DNA of 64,000 nucleotides from Felis catus (GCF_018350175.1 NC_058368.1:134542001-134606000), one strand, 5' to 3'. Counted from the first letter of the stretch, positions 37,494-50,480 are shown. Notes: generated by a model not told the origin, from the letters alone. Numbers and translations: made by a program.

Positions 37494-38457
37494 AAGGCTT
37501 ACCTCCTTAGAGAGCTGTGGGCACACCAAAACCAAAACAGGAAAATCAGTGGAAAATAGAGTATTTAAGAGACACTCTGAGTGCTCATAGTCTCATTGTC
37601 TATCTGACTTTTTCTCACACACATATAAGCAAATTCAGTTGCTTTTCTAACGTCCTGGAGTTTTAACTCCTGCCCTATCTTCTTCTGGATGATGCTTACA
37701 AGTGAACAGTGAATCCAGGAAAAAAAACTTGCCATGCCTGTGGGACATGAGCGTAAAGCTAAATTGTGGTTAGCAATTTCATCTGAGAAGTTGTGTGGCT
37801 ATTTCAACCGAAGTATTTTGCGGATAATTTTTTGAGGATGCTGTCAGGTGGCAGGAAGAAAAGTAGTTGGTTAAAAGAATTTAATATTTTGGAGCACCTA
37901 TAGCCCTAGGAAATGTAAAAATAAATTTGTAATAACAGTGATACCTTGTAAAAAGAGGAAGAGACCAATATATCATTCCTTGAAGTTTCTCAGGTCAGAA
38001 TACTTATATATAAAATTCTAGTCCAAATGGGCAATGTTGATTTTGTATTCAGTGCTTGAGATTTGCCAATTTCAACATTTTTCTTGGTGCCATTAAAAAT
38101 GTTGCCACTGGCAGGCTTTCCACAGTAAGTAGGGAGGCAAAAATAGTGTTAAATGGTACAAATACAAGAACAGGAGTCTCTACATTTTCACGAATGTGTC
38201 GTTCAGAATCCTTGTTTACGAATCTTATTTTTCCTAATAAAATAAGATTTCTATATAGATAAATATATAGAAATGAGAACAACAAGAAATAGGACCTTCA
38301 AAGGAAACAAAGCAAAGCAAAACCAAGGTAAGGACAAGACATTAAAGAGATTAGCTACTATTCAGTTTGTTACAGTAAAACGCAACAAAAAGCAAAACTA
38401 CCAGTAGACTTTTGAAAGGCTGGAAGTTTCAGACACCAGTTAACGAAGTTGAAGTAT

Positions 38458-38910
38458 TCGGGGTGAGTTGAATAGTGATCCCCCCCCAAATTTATGCCCC
38501 ATCCAGAATCTTAGAATGTGGCCTATTTGCAAACGGGTTCTTTCCAGATGTAACTAGTTAAGTTAAGGTCATACTGGATTAAGTGCGCCCTAAATTCAAT
38601 GACTGGTGTCTTTATAAAAGGAGAAGAGGACGCACAGAGACACACACAGGAAAGAAAACCATGTGGCAACAGAGACAGATTTTGGAGTGGTGTGGTTACA
38701 AGCCAAGCGATGCCAAGGACTGCCAACAACAGACAGAAGCTGGGAGAGAGATATAGAATAGATTCTCCCCTAGAGGCTCCAGAAGGAGTCAATTCTGTTG
38801 ACGCCTTGGTTTTGAACTCCTAGCCTTCAAAACCGTGCGAGAATAAATTTGTTATATGAAGCCCCTCAGTTTATGGTGATTTATTATGGTAGCCCTAGGA
38901 TAGTGATACA
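38458..38910 (+). mobile_element. MLT1B/C-type MaLR solo LTR
   Basis: About 450 bp; caagccaagcgatgccaagg...agaataaattt...atggtagccctaggatagtgataca. Confidence 0.85.
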
Positions 38911-39439
38911 TCATCCAGTACCACTCACCTGTGAAAGCAGAGCACTGTATATATCTTCAAAAGATACCACTAGATCATGGGCCACTCAGAAAATTCCAGC
39001 GCTTGTTTTTCAACTCCTCTGAACTCTGACCATGGATGCTATTGACAAGCAGTTTTTGCAGGATCTTTGTTTATTTGAAGAGCTTTTATTCTGCCTGCCA
39101 AGTTGGAAGGATTCTTAAATGATGTCTTTTGATGAAAGCTTCGTTGTTTTTATTTGCATTTTGTGGCTTCCTTGCCTATTTTATTTTTAAAAGAAAATAA
39201 AGCAAAATCAAAAGAAATGAAGCAAAGTTTTATCAGCATTTCAAGGTCTCTGAGCCTCTCCAAACATAATAGCATGATCAGTGTATCTTATATACTCTAA
39301 GTGTGTGGGATCAGATATACAACATGGAAGGTTTGCACAAAGTCTGCTCTCCCACTGTTACCTAACCCAAAGTCCGTTTATCGTTATGTCTTTCACCTAT
39401 GCACTACCAAGCCCCTGTTACGGATTTGAACCACCTACC

Positions 39440-39840
39440 CTGATAGTCAAAGGAATGGACTGGAGTCTTATCAAATATATGGATCCAGCTGCTAATTTGG
39501 AGGAAATTGAGAAAATGGAGACACATGTTATATGAAACCATAAATACACATTCAACAGAATCCTGAATGTGGAAAACTGCACAAGTCAAATGCCCTAGTT
39601 CCTCAACATAAAAATGGAAGGGAAAGAAGGGGATGGAAAGAGACCGTGTAGATTTAAATAGATTTGAAAAACACATGCAAATTTTTTTAATGGGCAAGAC
39701 GAAGCTGTGGTGGTTAGAGATGAATAATTCTATGATAAACTATCAAGAAATGCCAAGAAAGTAGCTTCTGTAGAAGCAGGAGTGGTAGTTATTTCGAGGG
39801 GGACAGAGAAGGGGCTATAACTGGGCTGGGCACAAAGAGA
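39440..39840 (+). mobile_element. Old L1M 3'UTR fragment (continues at about 40180-40320)
   Basis: gaatcctgaatgtggaaaactgcac...agtggtagttatttcgagggg. Confidence 0.6.
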
Positions 39841-39841
39841 G

Positions 39842-40175
39842 GTATAATAAGGAGGCCGACTCCAATTTTGATGTTTGATCGCTGACAGCTTTCAAGCCCC
39901 ACCACACCCTCTCTGCATACTGCCGCGCATCTGGGCAAGCCCATAGGAGATCCCATGTGCTCTCTCTCTTGTCATCTGCAAGTTCAAACTACGCAAACCA
40001 TTTTCAGACCTGCTAGGGCCTGGTCTGAAAACCTAGGGCCCAGGAAGCCCATGACGGGAGTAAGTAATTTTTTCATATTGTCTTGGTGCATGTTTGGCAT
40101 CATTCATCTCAGTAGCCAAATCAGATGTTGTCTTGAGGCGTCTATCTCTTTCCTGTGCAATGACCATAATAAGGC
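39842..40175 (+). mobile_element. ERVL LTR fragment (MER54/MER73/MER74 group)
   Basis: gctgacagctttcaagccccacc...catctgggcaagc...aagttcaaactacgcaa. Confidence 0.6.
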
Positions 40176-41863
40176 TTCTTAGTTGGCTGACATAACCCTA
40201 CTTCATGACCTGTTTCAGTACTTACAATGGTGTTTGCTTTATAACTCATTAAGATATGTATTTATCGTGTGTGCAATTGTCTGTATCTGTATTTTAGTTT
40301 ACAACAAATCAAGTAAAAATAGAAGCAACAACAATAATAGCAATGACGTCTGTGGTACATCTGTAGCCATTGTAACACATCAGTTTGGCATCTCAGACTT
40401 GGAGCAAAACATTTCTTGGAACCAAAGTACTTCGTAAGATGGTGCTGGTTCCTTAGACTAACTTGTCACCTTATGGGCTGCACAGGTGTCTGTGCATATG
40501 GAAAAAAAAAAAAACAAATACAGCTACCTCCTCCAGACTATGGACTGAATTTAATTAGAAAAGACTTTCGGACACTGTCAGGAATAGGGCTTTAACCTTG
40601 ACACGCAAAGTGTATTAGTCTGGGTCCTCCTGAATAAAATCAATTCCCTACATGCCCCATATATCCAATGATCTATCATTTATTGTTTTTCCTTTTGTAT
40701 TTCATACAAAGGTGATCTGAATTTTTTTTGGATAAACTGCAGAGGTTACTTAAGGGAACATACTCTACATTCCTCCTAGTTCATATTACCTTGGACATCA
40801 GTTCAAAAAGAATCAAATAATTTACCAGTGTGCTTCCTTCATTTTTATAAGTCTGCATTTAATAGCTAAGTTGTATTTTTGCACAACCATTTTATTGTAT
40901 TTGTAAATTCAAGAGGAAATGTATCAAACCTATGTAGTGAGTACTTAGTCTAAATGTAAGTAATTGATAAACAAAAAAAAGAGGTCATCATATTTTCTAT
41001 TAGCAAGTTTCCAAAGAGATATCTTACGTCATTCTCTTTACTTTTTTGTAATCTTGAAATTTCATTTGTAGACACTTGTCACTGCAAACTTTTCTCTTAG
41101 AACTGCTTTTGCTGAATCCCATAAGTTTTGGTATGTTGTGTTTCCACTTCTTGTTTTAAGATACTTTTTTATGATTTCTCTTTTGATTTATACTTTGACC
41201 CATTGGTTTTTCAGAAGTGTATTGAATTCTTATACATCTGTGGATTTCCCAGTTCTCCTCCTGTTATTGATTTCTAGTTTCATACCGTTGTGGTTGGAAA
41301 AGATACTTGATAGGATTTCAATCTAATTAAATTTATTAAGACTTGTTTTGTATCCTAACATATGATCTATCCTAGAGAATATTCTATGCTTAGGAGAACG
41401 TGTATTCTACTCTTTCATGGAATGTTCTGTACATTAATGTTAGATCTTTTGATCTCAAGTATCGTACAAGACCGATGTCTTTATACTGATTTTCTGTATG
41501 GATGATCTATCCATTGTTGAACGTGGAAGTGTTGAAATCTCCTACTTTTATTGTTTTGTTGTCTATTTCTCCCTTCAGATTTGTTAGTATTTGCTAACAG
41601 GTTAGCATGTTAGCATGCCAACATGTTAGTTGCTCCCATGTTGGATAGATATATATTTACAATTGTTATATCCTAATGATGAATTGACCCTTTGTTATTA
41701 TGTAATGACCTTTTTGTCTCTTGTTACAGTCTCACTTAAAATCTATTTTGTCTGATATAAGTATAACCATCCCTGCTCTCTTTTGGTTTCTATTTGCATA
41801 GAATATCTTTTTCCATCTCTTCACCTTGAGATTATGTGTCTCCTTAAAACTGAAATGAGTCTT

Positions 41864-42080
41864 GGGGCACCTGGGTGGCTCAGTCGGTTAGGCATCCGAC
41901 TTCAGCTCAGGTCATGTTCTCGCGGTTTGTAGGTTCGAGTCCCGCATCGGGCTGTGTGCTCACAGCTCAGAGCCTGGAGCCTGCTTCAGATTCTGTGTCT
42001 CCCTCTTTCTCTGCCCCTCCCCTGCTCATGCTCTGTCTCTCTCTGTCTCAAAAATAAATTAAAAAAAAAAAACACCAAAA
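41864..42080 (+). mobile_element. Felid CanSINE inside the L1
   Basis: TSD aaaactgaa(a/g)tg(a/g)gtctt. Confidence 0.94.
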
Positions 42081-42684
42081 AAAACTGAAGTGGGTCTTTT
42101 TTAGGGAGCATATAGTTGGGTCTTGTTTATCCATTCAGCCACATGCTTTTTGACTAGAGATTTAATCCATTCATGTGTAAGGATTTATTGGTAAGTAAGA
42201 CCTTTTAAATGTCATCTAATTGTTTTCTGGCTGTTTTATGGTTCTTTTGTTCCTTTCTTCCTCTTTTACTGTCTTCCTTTGTGAATTAATGATTTTCCAT
42301 AGTGGTTTGCTTTGGTTCCCTTCCCCTTATATTTTGTGTATCTACTATAGATTTTGTTGTGTCACCATAAGGCTCACATAAAACTTCTTATAAATGTAAC
42401 CATCTATTTTAAGGTGACAACTTAACTTTGGTTGCATACAAAAATTACCCTTTTATTCTTCCCATGCCCACACTTTTTATGATTATGATGTCACAATCTA
42501 CTTTTTCTTTTACCGTGTATCCATTAACAAGTTATTATATTATATTTTTAATACTTCTTTCCTTTGACCTTTATACTTGAGTTAAGTGATTAACACACCA
42601 CCACATTACATTGTTGGAATATTTAGATTTGACTATATATGTATCTTTACTAGTATGTTTTATATTTTCATATGTTTTTGTTTC

Positions 42685-42873
42685 TTTTTTTAAAAAAACT
42701 TATTTATTTATATTTGAGAAGCAGGAGCAAAGGGAGAGGGAGAGGGTAAATCTTAAGCAGGCTACATGCTCAACATGGAACACGACACAGGGCTCAATCC
42801 CATGACCTTGGGATCTTGACCTGGCCAAAATCAAGAGTCAGACACTTAACCAACTGAGCCACGCAGGCACCCC
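42685..42873 (-). mobile_element. CanSINE (older subfamily) inside the L1
   Basis: Antisense SINE; TSD-like catat(g)tttttgt. Confidence 0.88.
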
Positions 42874-43657
42874 ATATTTTTGTATGTTTTTATGTTAGCA
42901 GTTAGCATCCTCTCATTTCAGCTTGAAGAACTCCCTTCACCATTTCTTGTAAGGCAGGCCTTAGAGGTGATGCACTATCTCAGTTTTTGTTTGCCTGAGC
43001 AAGACTTTATTCTCTTTTATTTCTGAAAGACAACTTTGCCAGCAAAGTGTTCTTGGTTGGTGTTTTGGTTTTTTTTTTTTCTTTTAGCACTTTGAATGTA
43101 ATGTCCCACTCTCTGCTCTCCTATAAGGTTTCTGCTGAAAAATCTGCTGACAGCCTTATGAGTGTTCCTTTTTAAGTGATGATCTTCTTTTCTCTTGCTA
43201 CTTTCAAGATTTTCCTTCCCTTTTATTTTTGACAGTTTCATTATACTATGTCTTAGAAAAGATGTCTTCGGATTGAATTTGTTTGAAGACCTGTGAGCTT
43301 CATGAACTTGATGTCTAAATTTCTCCCCACATTTGGGAAGTTCTCAGTCATTATTTCTTTAAAGAAGCTTTCTACCCCTTTCTTCTACTCATCTCCTTCT
43401 GAGACTCCTGTAATCCATAGATTGTTTCTTTTAATAGCATCCTCTCAATCTTGTAGGCTTTGTTCATTCCCTTTCGGTCCTTTTTCTCTTTTTGCTCCTC
43501 TAACGTGATAATTTCAAATGACCTATTTGAAGCCATTGAAGCTCTCAGTTGAATTTTCCCATTCTTTCATTGTCATCTTCAGTTCCAAAATTTTTCTTTG
43601 GTTCTTTTTTTTTATGTTTTCTATTTCTTCCCTAAACTTCTCATTTTGTTCCCATGT

Positions 43658-43780
43658 TGTTTTCCTGAAATTGTTTATTGTTAATTGTTTCCTGTTTTCC
43701 TGAAATTGTTTATATTTGTATATTGTTTTCCTGAAATTGTTTATTGTTAATTGCTTCCTGTTTTTATGAAATTGTTTATT
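43658..43780. repeat. Minisatellite, about 3.5 units of 31-35 bp (core tgttttcctgaaattgtttat)
   Basis: Directly visible tandem units. Confidence 0.9.
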
Positions 43781-43924
43781 TTTGTTCTCTTGTAGTTCTA
43801 TCTGAGCATCTTTACAACAATTATTTTGAATTCTTTGTCAGGCAGTTCAAGGATCTCCATTTCTTTAGGTCAGTTACTAGAAGTTTACTGTGTTCCTTTA
43901 GTGGTGGTATGTTTCACTGACATT

Positions 43925-43989
<65 letters not shown>
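43925..43989. repeat. Compound (TG)n(AG)n microsatellite
   Basis: Directly visible. Confidence 0.95.
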
Positions 43990-46242
43990 TTCCTGTAGTT
44001 TTGCACAAGTGTCTTTCATAGGAATAAACAGTCCCCTCCTCCAGACTTAATGGACTGACTTTAGTAAGAAAAGACTTTCACCTATGGGTGAGGGACTGCT
44101 GGAACATGATGTGACCCCAGGGCTAGTAATGGAGGGTGCTATATGTGGGGCCATGTGGCAGCTTTGGGTCTCAACATCATAGTGTCTCATTGGTTCACAC
44201 AGCTGGAGTTTACAACCTTAATAACTGCATGATCTTTGGTGAGAAGTACACCGGAGTGGTTGGGGACTGGTCCACAGTGGTGCCAGGGCTGCTAAGGTCA
44301 TCTGCGATGCCTCTAGGTCCAGCAGCTAGGGACCAGGGCAGGTGGCAGTGGTGGCTGGAGCTGGTTGTGTACACATTAGGCTTTGGCACGGCTGGTTGCG
44401 GGTACATCTTTGCGGTGGTGGGGTCTGGCTGAAGACACACACACAGTGGTGCAGACCAGGATCAGGGCCAGCTGTGGGAGCATGAGTAGCTCCAGGGACC
44501 CTCACTGTTGGCGTGTACTTGTATGATGGCAGGTCTAGTCACAGGTGTGCACACAGCAGTGGAGGCTGGTAACAGGAGTTGTAGCTGGTGGCATGAGGGT
44601 ATCTCGCAATGGGGGCTAGCTTCACGGCCATGCAGGCCACTGACAGAAGTCAGGGCTGCATCTGGACCCATCAGCAGCTCCGGAGGTCTTAGCTGTTAGT
44701 GTGTAGGTCCACAGCTGCAGGGGCTAGCCGTAGGCCTACTTGTTTATGCAGCCCTGTGACAGAAGTCAGGGTCATCTCCAGGCTCGCAAACTGTGGGGGC
44801 CTTGGCTGTTGGCGCAGCTGTAGGGGCTAGCCGTGGGTGTATGAGAGTGGGGGTTGGATGCTGGGGCCTCACGTGACATGTATGCGCATAGCCACCGAAG
44901 CCAGGGCTGACTGCCATTGTGGATCCGAGGCTCAGGCAGGAAATGGGAAAAGGAGTGTGGAGGGACTCAGGCATCTGACGTCTGCAGGCATGAAAACCTA
45001 TGGTGTGAAAATATCAGGGGGGTGGGATTCAAAGTGGACGTGCCTGGTCGTTAGTTTCCTCAGTGGCAAAAGCTGCCGGGCTCTTCTATGGAGCAGTCTA
45101 CCGGGGTCTATGATGAAGCACTCAGTGATGAAAATTGGTGGGATGTACAGCAAGCCCAAGGCCTGTTGAGATCCTCGGCAGCAAAGGCCAGCGGGGTCCT
45201 CTGCAGAGTGGGCCACCAGGAACACTGGTCGCTCAGGATGTGTGACTGATACCGTAGCTTCTGCCCTCATCCCTGGTTCCTAGTTCCTAGACATCTGTAG
45301 ACATCTCAGCTTTGCTGGCGTCCGGGGGAGGTGAAGTGAAGTGGGTCCCTTGCACAATGCCACCCGAAGGCTGGGGAACCTGGTTGCTCACATCACTCTC
45401 CTTTTCCCAGCAGAGGAACTCTCTCAAGCTGGGAGTTGCCTCTTGGCCCTGAGTAGGGCCAGTCAGGGATGGCATGATACAGGCAACGGGAAACTCTTCT
45501 TTCTACCTGTTCTGTGTGTGGGTGCAGCATTTCTCAGGTTTTTGTTGTGGTTGTTATCGTTATTGTGTGCTCCACTGTATCGCTGAAGCTTCTTCAGTGA
45601 ACTCCTGAGTTTTCCCAGAGCTATTTCCATTCGTGAATAGTTGTCTGATTACCCCTCTTTGTGGGGAGACAGAGGCTGGGGGCTCCTACACCACCATCTT
45701 TGTGCCATCATATTTTTCTTGAAAAATGTGACAAGGACCCCGTATTTGGTTGTTCTTACCTGTGCACACTCTAAAAGGCCTGGGCTGAGGTGCATCCCTC
45801 CAGAGAGGACTTGTGTGATTTTTTTCCAAGCATCCTGGAGCACCCCGATCCAGAAATATTTTTAATTCAATTAATTGAATTGAATTTTCCTGGACCGTAC
45901 AAATGATTTAAATTCAAATCCTTAATTTGTGCATGGGCAGGCGTATGGTCGCTACTTCCCAGAGAGATTTTTTTTTTCACCCCAAGCCAGTACCTTAGAC
46001 AAGATTTCTTGTTGGTCGCCTTTTCCAGGGAACAGATATTTTTTTTCCCACCCTTTCAATGTGGGAAAAAGTATGGGGTTTATAGAGGTCTCTGTTCTTT
46101 CTCCACGCTTTATGTGGGACAAAGTCTTTCCATTCGTTCTTCCATATACCCAGATCATAAGTTCTCAACATGGGCAGATTCCTCCAGAGTAGACTGTGTC
46201 TGTTTTACACATTTATTACACTGGTTTTGGTCCCTGTAGATG

Positions 46243-46330
46243 TCTCCCTCCCTCCCTCCCTCCCTCCCTCCCTCCCTCCTTCCCTCTGTCTCTCCTTCCC
46301 TCTGTCTCTCTTGTTCTCTCTCTCTCTATC
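46243..46330. repeat. (CCCT)n/(CT)n polypyrimidine tract
   Basis: Directly visible. Confidence 0.9.
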
Positions 46331-46414
46331 TTTGTGATGCTGCCTTTGTTTTTAAAAGGCTATTAGTAAGTTTTAAGCAGCATTGCGAGGTACTAGTATT
46401 AAAAAGATTTTCCA

Positions 46415-46578
46415 GGGGTGCCTGGATGGCTCAGTCGGTTAAGTGTTGGACTTTTGATTATGGCTCAGGTCATGATCTCACAATTCATTAGTTCGAGCCC
46501 CATGTCAGAGATTCTCTGCTTGGGATTCTCTGTCTCCCTCTCTCTACCCCTCCCCCCTCCCTCCCTCCCTCCCTCCCT

Positions 46579-46624
<46 letters not shown>

Positions 46625-46680
46625 AAAATAAAGAAACATTTTTTAAAAACTGTAAAAAAAAAAAAAAAAAAAAGAAAGAA
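46415..46680 (+). mobile_element. CanSINE with an expanded (CCCT)/(CT) body
   Basis: SINE head and long A tail; TSD aaaag(a/g)ttttc. Confidence 0.9.
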
Positions 46681-46866
46681 AAAGGTTTTCTAGAATCTCC
46701 TGTTCATAATTTTGCTGAAGTGGTAATAGGATTGAAAGCCATAGCCATTTGAAAATTGCTTGAAGATAATAATGCTTATAATAGCTATTATGTATCAAAA
46801 CACACATGACTTGACTTTTAACCTTAACTTTTACTCAAAGTTTCTCGGGTATCGTATTATAGGAGA

Positions 46867-47180
46867 TTTTATTTTATTTTATTTTATTTTATTTTATTTT
46901 ATTTTATTTTATTTTATTTTATTTTATTTTATTATTTTATTTTATTTTATTTTATTTTATTTTATTTTATTTTATTTTATTTTATTTATTTTTAATGTTT
47001 GAGAGAGAGAGAGAGGGAGGGAGGAAGAGGCAGAGAGAGAGGGAGACACAGAATCTGAAGCAGGCTCCAGGTTCTGAGCCATCAGCACAGAGCCCGATGT
47101 GGGGCCCGAACTCACAAACCCTGAGATCATGATCTGAGCTGAAGTCGGACGCTTAACCAACGGAGCCACCCAGGCGCCCC
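46867..47180 (-). mobile_element. Felid CanSINE whose tail has expanded into a long (TTTTA)n array
   Basis: (TTTTA)n at about 46867-46985; TSD aggag(a/c)tttt. Confidence 0.94.
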
Positions 47181-48760
47181 AGGAGCTTTTAAAGTAGTGC
47201 TACTCCAGCTTCTTTAACACCTGGCCTTATCTCAATTTTCAATCACATGATGTAAATTAGCAAGTGTTCATATTTTGCCAACAAATATTTAAGCCTCAAC
47301 TGTGAGGAACTGCGAATGAAGAAAAGCATGAAAAGTGTTAAAAGAATGAAATTTGACCTTTGGAAGCTTGGATTTCTAAAGTCGTCTTTGAGGTTACCAT
47401 CTTATTTCTATCGCTAGCCTCAGATTTCGAACCCGTTGAGAGTTTTTATCTTCCACAAAGAAAACTCTTCCTGAGTCCAGAAGTTAGTGTGTGGGTGCTG
47501 TATGAAGTAGATTTTTATCTTTTTGTACTAGAAGATACATAATCTCCATGTGTGAAGGTGCTCCAAACCCAGACTTCCCAGATTCCTCCTCTGCCAGGAG
47601 GAAGAAGTCATGCGAATTTTCTTAGGTTCTGTGCTCACATTTTACCGAGCGTTATTAGTACCCCCCCCCCACCCTCCCGCGAGAACAGCAGAGCCACAGG
47701 CTTTCCATGAACCCCAGTAGGATCTCTGGCTTTGGGCTCTGACAAGGCTTTTCCTGCTCCTTCCCTCCCCCACCCCTGCCCTCTCTGTTATATTTCTTGT
47801 CAAAATGTATCATCAGTGTCTATTGGGTGGACACAAGTGAAACACAAAGTATTGGGCCTGGAAGTGTTAAGCTGTGTCATGGAGGCTGGAGGAAAACACG
47901 AGCTCTGAGGTGTGGTGAACCCCCACGCCATGGGTTCTCAGGCTTCTGGTCTCTCTCCGTGCATGGACAAGCTTTGAGAGAGAGGGTGGATTTCCTCTCC
48001 AGGCTCTGGCCTCAGCACCCATGCTGCCTCAGTCACAAGCTGAGGGCGCCAGGCCTGGAGAAGCTCTTCTCTTCCTCGCTCCTTGGAAGTGGCTGGCGCA
48101 CAGCTACCGAGTGATGCATTTGCTGAAGTCTCTCTGCTGGGCGCCCCGACGTGTCCTCACCCTGCCATTCCCGGTCCACGAAGCCTTCTAAGCTGGTCCC
48201 ACCTGTTGACGGAGGGGCTATGACCCCAGCACTGGCTGACTCAGTGTCACTCCCACTGGAGCGTGTGAGGATAGTTCTGCTCCTACTTAGCAGCCCCAAC
48301 CCCATGAGCAAGTCCCAACCTCCAGAAAAACGTGAAAGCCTGTTGTGAATGAACATGGTGTCCGTTAAGACTTTCCACACGGGAAAGCTAAGAACTATAA
48401 AGACTTCCTTCCTCCCTCAGAATGTCTAACCCACTGCCGTGAAATGCATTTCGCCAGGCAGCTGGTCAGGGACATGGGTGTCAGGCGTATAGCGACTTCT
48501 CCAAGTCCTGTCACGGTCTTCCCCCTCATCCGTTCGGTTTCTGTTTCAAGCTTGTATTTCGAACATTCCTTTTGAGAAAAGAAAGTAGACATTTGTCATC
48601 CAGAGATACATACATACTATTATCTAGATCTATGTCCTCTAGCATTATCATGTGATCTAGAAACATGATAAAGTCTAGAGACTATTTCCTTAACGTTCCA
48701 GCTCTCAAAGCCTTCTAGTTAGCGCTGTCCATTAAAAGGGCCAAGGTAGCTGACAAGCAA

Positions 48761-48920
48761 ATTCATTCATTCATTGAACAGCACTGTTGAGCGGCTTACC
48801 GTTGCCAGGCACTGGGCTGGGTGTGAGATATGCAGGAGTGAAAACATCAGACAAGATCCCTATCCAGGTAGAGTTTATGTTTTGATTGGAGAGACAAAGC
48901 AGAGTAGCTACACGAATGAA
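48761..48920 (-). mobile_element. L2 3' end
   Basis: (attc)n followed by ttgagcggcttaccgttgccaggcactgggctggg. Confidence 0.7.
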
Positions 48921-49592
48921 AGAACTCTGGGCCAGGATGGGTGCCCTGGAAGAAGTATACAAGGGCAGCCCGGGAGGCCGACGAGCTCTGTTACATTTCT
49001 CGTCATAATGGATCATCGGCGTCTGTTGGGTAGACACACGTGAAACACACAATATTAGTTCTGGAAGCGTTAAGCTGTGTAATCAAAGCTGGAGGAAAAC
49101 ACGAGCTCTGAAGTGTCTCTGGAAGCTTTAGTGATCAGGTTCCCCGTTCTCGGGTTTCCCGTCACCTTTCCCTTAGTTGTCAGAACGGCATGTCTCAGTG
49201 GTGCCTGCTGAGGGACTAAGGGAGCAGCTGTGTTTTGCTCCTGTCCCTACCCCCACCCTCTTCTCCCCGCCCCCACTCGCCTCAGCCCCCCCTCCTTCCA
49301 CCGCCCCCACCGCCTTCAGCTGCTTCCTTGAATTTCCTGTCACTCTGCAACTTCCCCGGGGACCAGGGTTTGAACAGTGCTGGCACCTCTAGGCACATCC
49401 CACCCTCTCTAGAGGCCACATTGGTCCTTCATGTTTGTGATACTCCTGTTTTCAGGAAGGTAGGTAGGCTGCCCAAGGCCTAGGAGAATGAAACCGCCAA
49501 AGACTAGAAGACTGTGCTGTTCTGGGGAAAAAGCGAGGAGTGTTGTCTCTTCCAACCCACCGGCTTTACAGATGCAGGGGCCGAGGCCAGAG

Positions 49593-49805
49593 AGGCCTGG
49601 GTGCTTTAGTCGGTTGAGCGTCCGACTTTGTCTCAGGTCATGAACTCACAGGTTCCCGGCATCGGGCCCTGTGCTGACAGCTTGAAGCCTGAAGCCTGTT
49701 TCGGATTCTGTGTCTCCCTCTCTGTGTCTGCCCCTCCCCACCTGTGCTCTGTCTCTCTCTCTCAAAAATAAACCAACATTAAAAAAAAAAAAATTAAAAA
49801 GAAAA
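49593..49805 (+). mobile_element. Felid CanSINE (degenerate 5' end)
   Basis: SINE body and tail. Confidence 0.9.
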
Positions 49806-49871
49806 AAGTTAACAGGACAGTATGGTAACAATAGTTGAAACCATACTTGCTTTAAAAATCAGGAAGTTCCT

Positions 49872-50097
49872 GGGGCGCCTGGGTGGCGCAGTCGGTTAAG
49901 CGTCCGACTTCAGCCAGGTCACGATCTCGCGGTCCGTGAGTTCGAGCCCCGCGTCAGGCTCTGGGCTGATGGCTCAGAGCCTGGAGCCTGTTTCCGATTC
50001 TGTGTCTCCCTCTCTCTCTGCCCCTCCCCCGTTCATGCTCTGTCTCTCTCTGTCCCAAAAATAAATAAACGTTGGAAAAAAAAATTTATAAAAAAAA
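49872..50097 (+). mobile_element. Young SINEC_Fc-type CanSINE
   Basis: Consensus-like copy with CpGs intact; perfect 18-bp TSD aaaaatcaggaagttcct. Confidence 0.97.
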
Positions 50098-50480
50098 AAA
50101 AATCAGGAAGTTCCTGATCCATACCTGGGAACACTGACCTCCTAAGGATACACACTCATGCTGATGGCAGCTATCATTTCCTCCTAAGCTAAGAGTAGGC
50201 AGCCACCCTCAGCCAGTGGAATTCAGGGAACATGTTCTGAGCAGCCCCGTCCTGCCTCTGGATCCTCTTGGCTCTGATCAGGTCGAAGCGGGGATATTTG
50301 CTCCTTACTTTAGGCACTTCATTTCTGAGAGTTACTTTGCTCTTTAGAAAATGCCTTTCATTGCTCATCAGTTGAATTCCTTCTCTCCATGTAGTTTTCC
50401 TGGATCTTCTTCAAACTCTGGTTGTGAGTGTGTGATACTGAAGTCCAACGGCATGTTTGCGTTCCTTCATCAAAGCTGTC

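Larger units (their letters stand above)
41050..45705 (-). mobile_element. Decayed L1M retaining 5'UTR, ORF1 and the ORF2 endonuclease region but lacking RT and the 3' end
   Basis: GC-rich 5'UTR at about 44000-45705 beginning with a YY1-like aagatggtgg; ORF1p-like KLSKIKGKE (ORF 43017..43241); ORF2 N-terminal motif antisense at 41095-41140 (QNLWDSAKAVLR-like). Confidence 0.85.

Noticed and set aside
44000..45700. GC-rich region with many ORFs, resembling a gene promoter or exons
   Set aside because: Explained by the 5'UTR of the minus-strand L1.
48638..48680. Imperfect hairpin ctctagcattatcatgt...acatgataaagtctagag
   Set aside because: Short, AT-rich and next to decayed repeat sequence; not enough to call an RNA structure.
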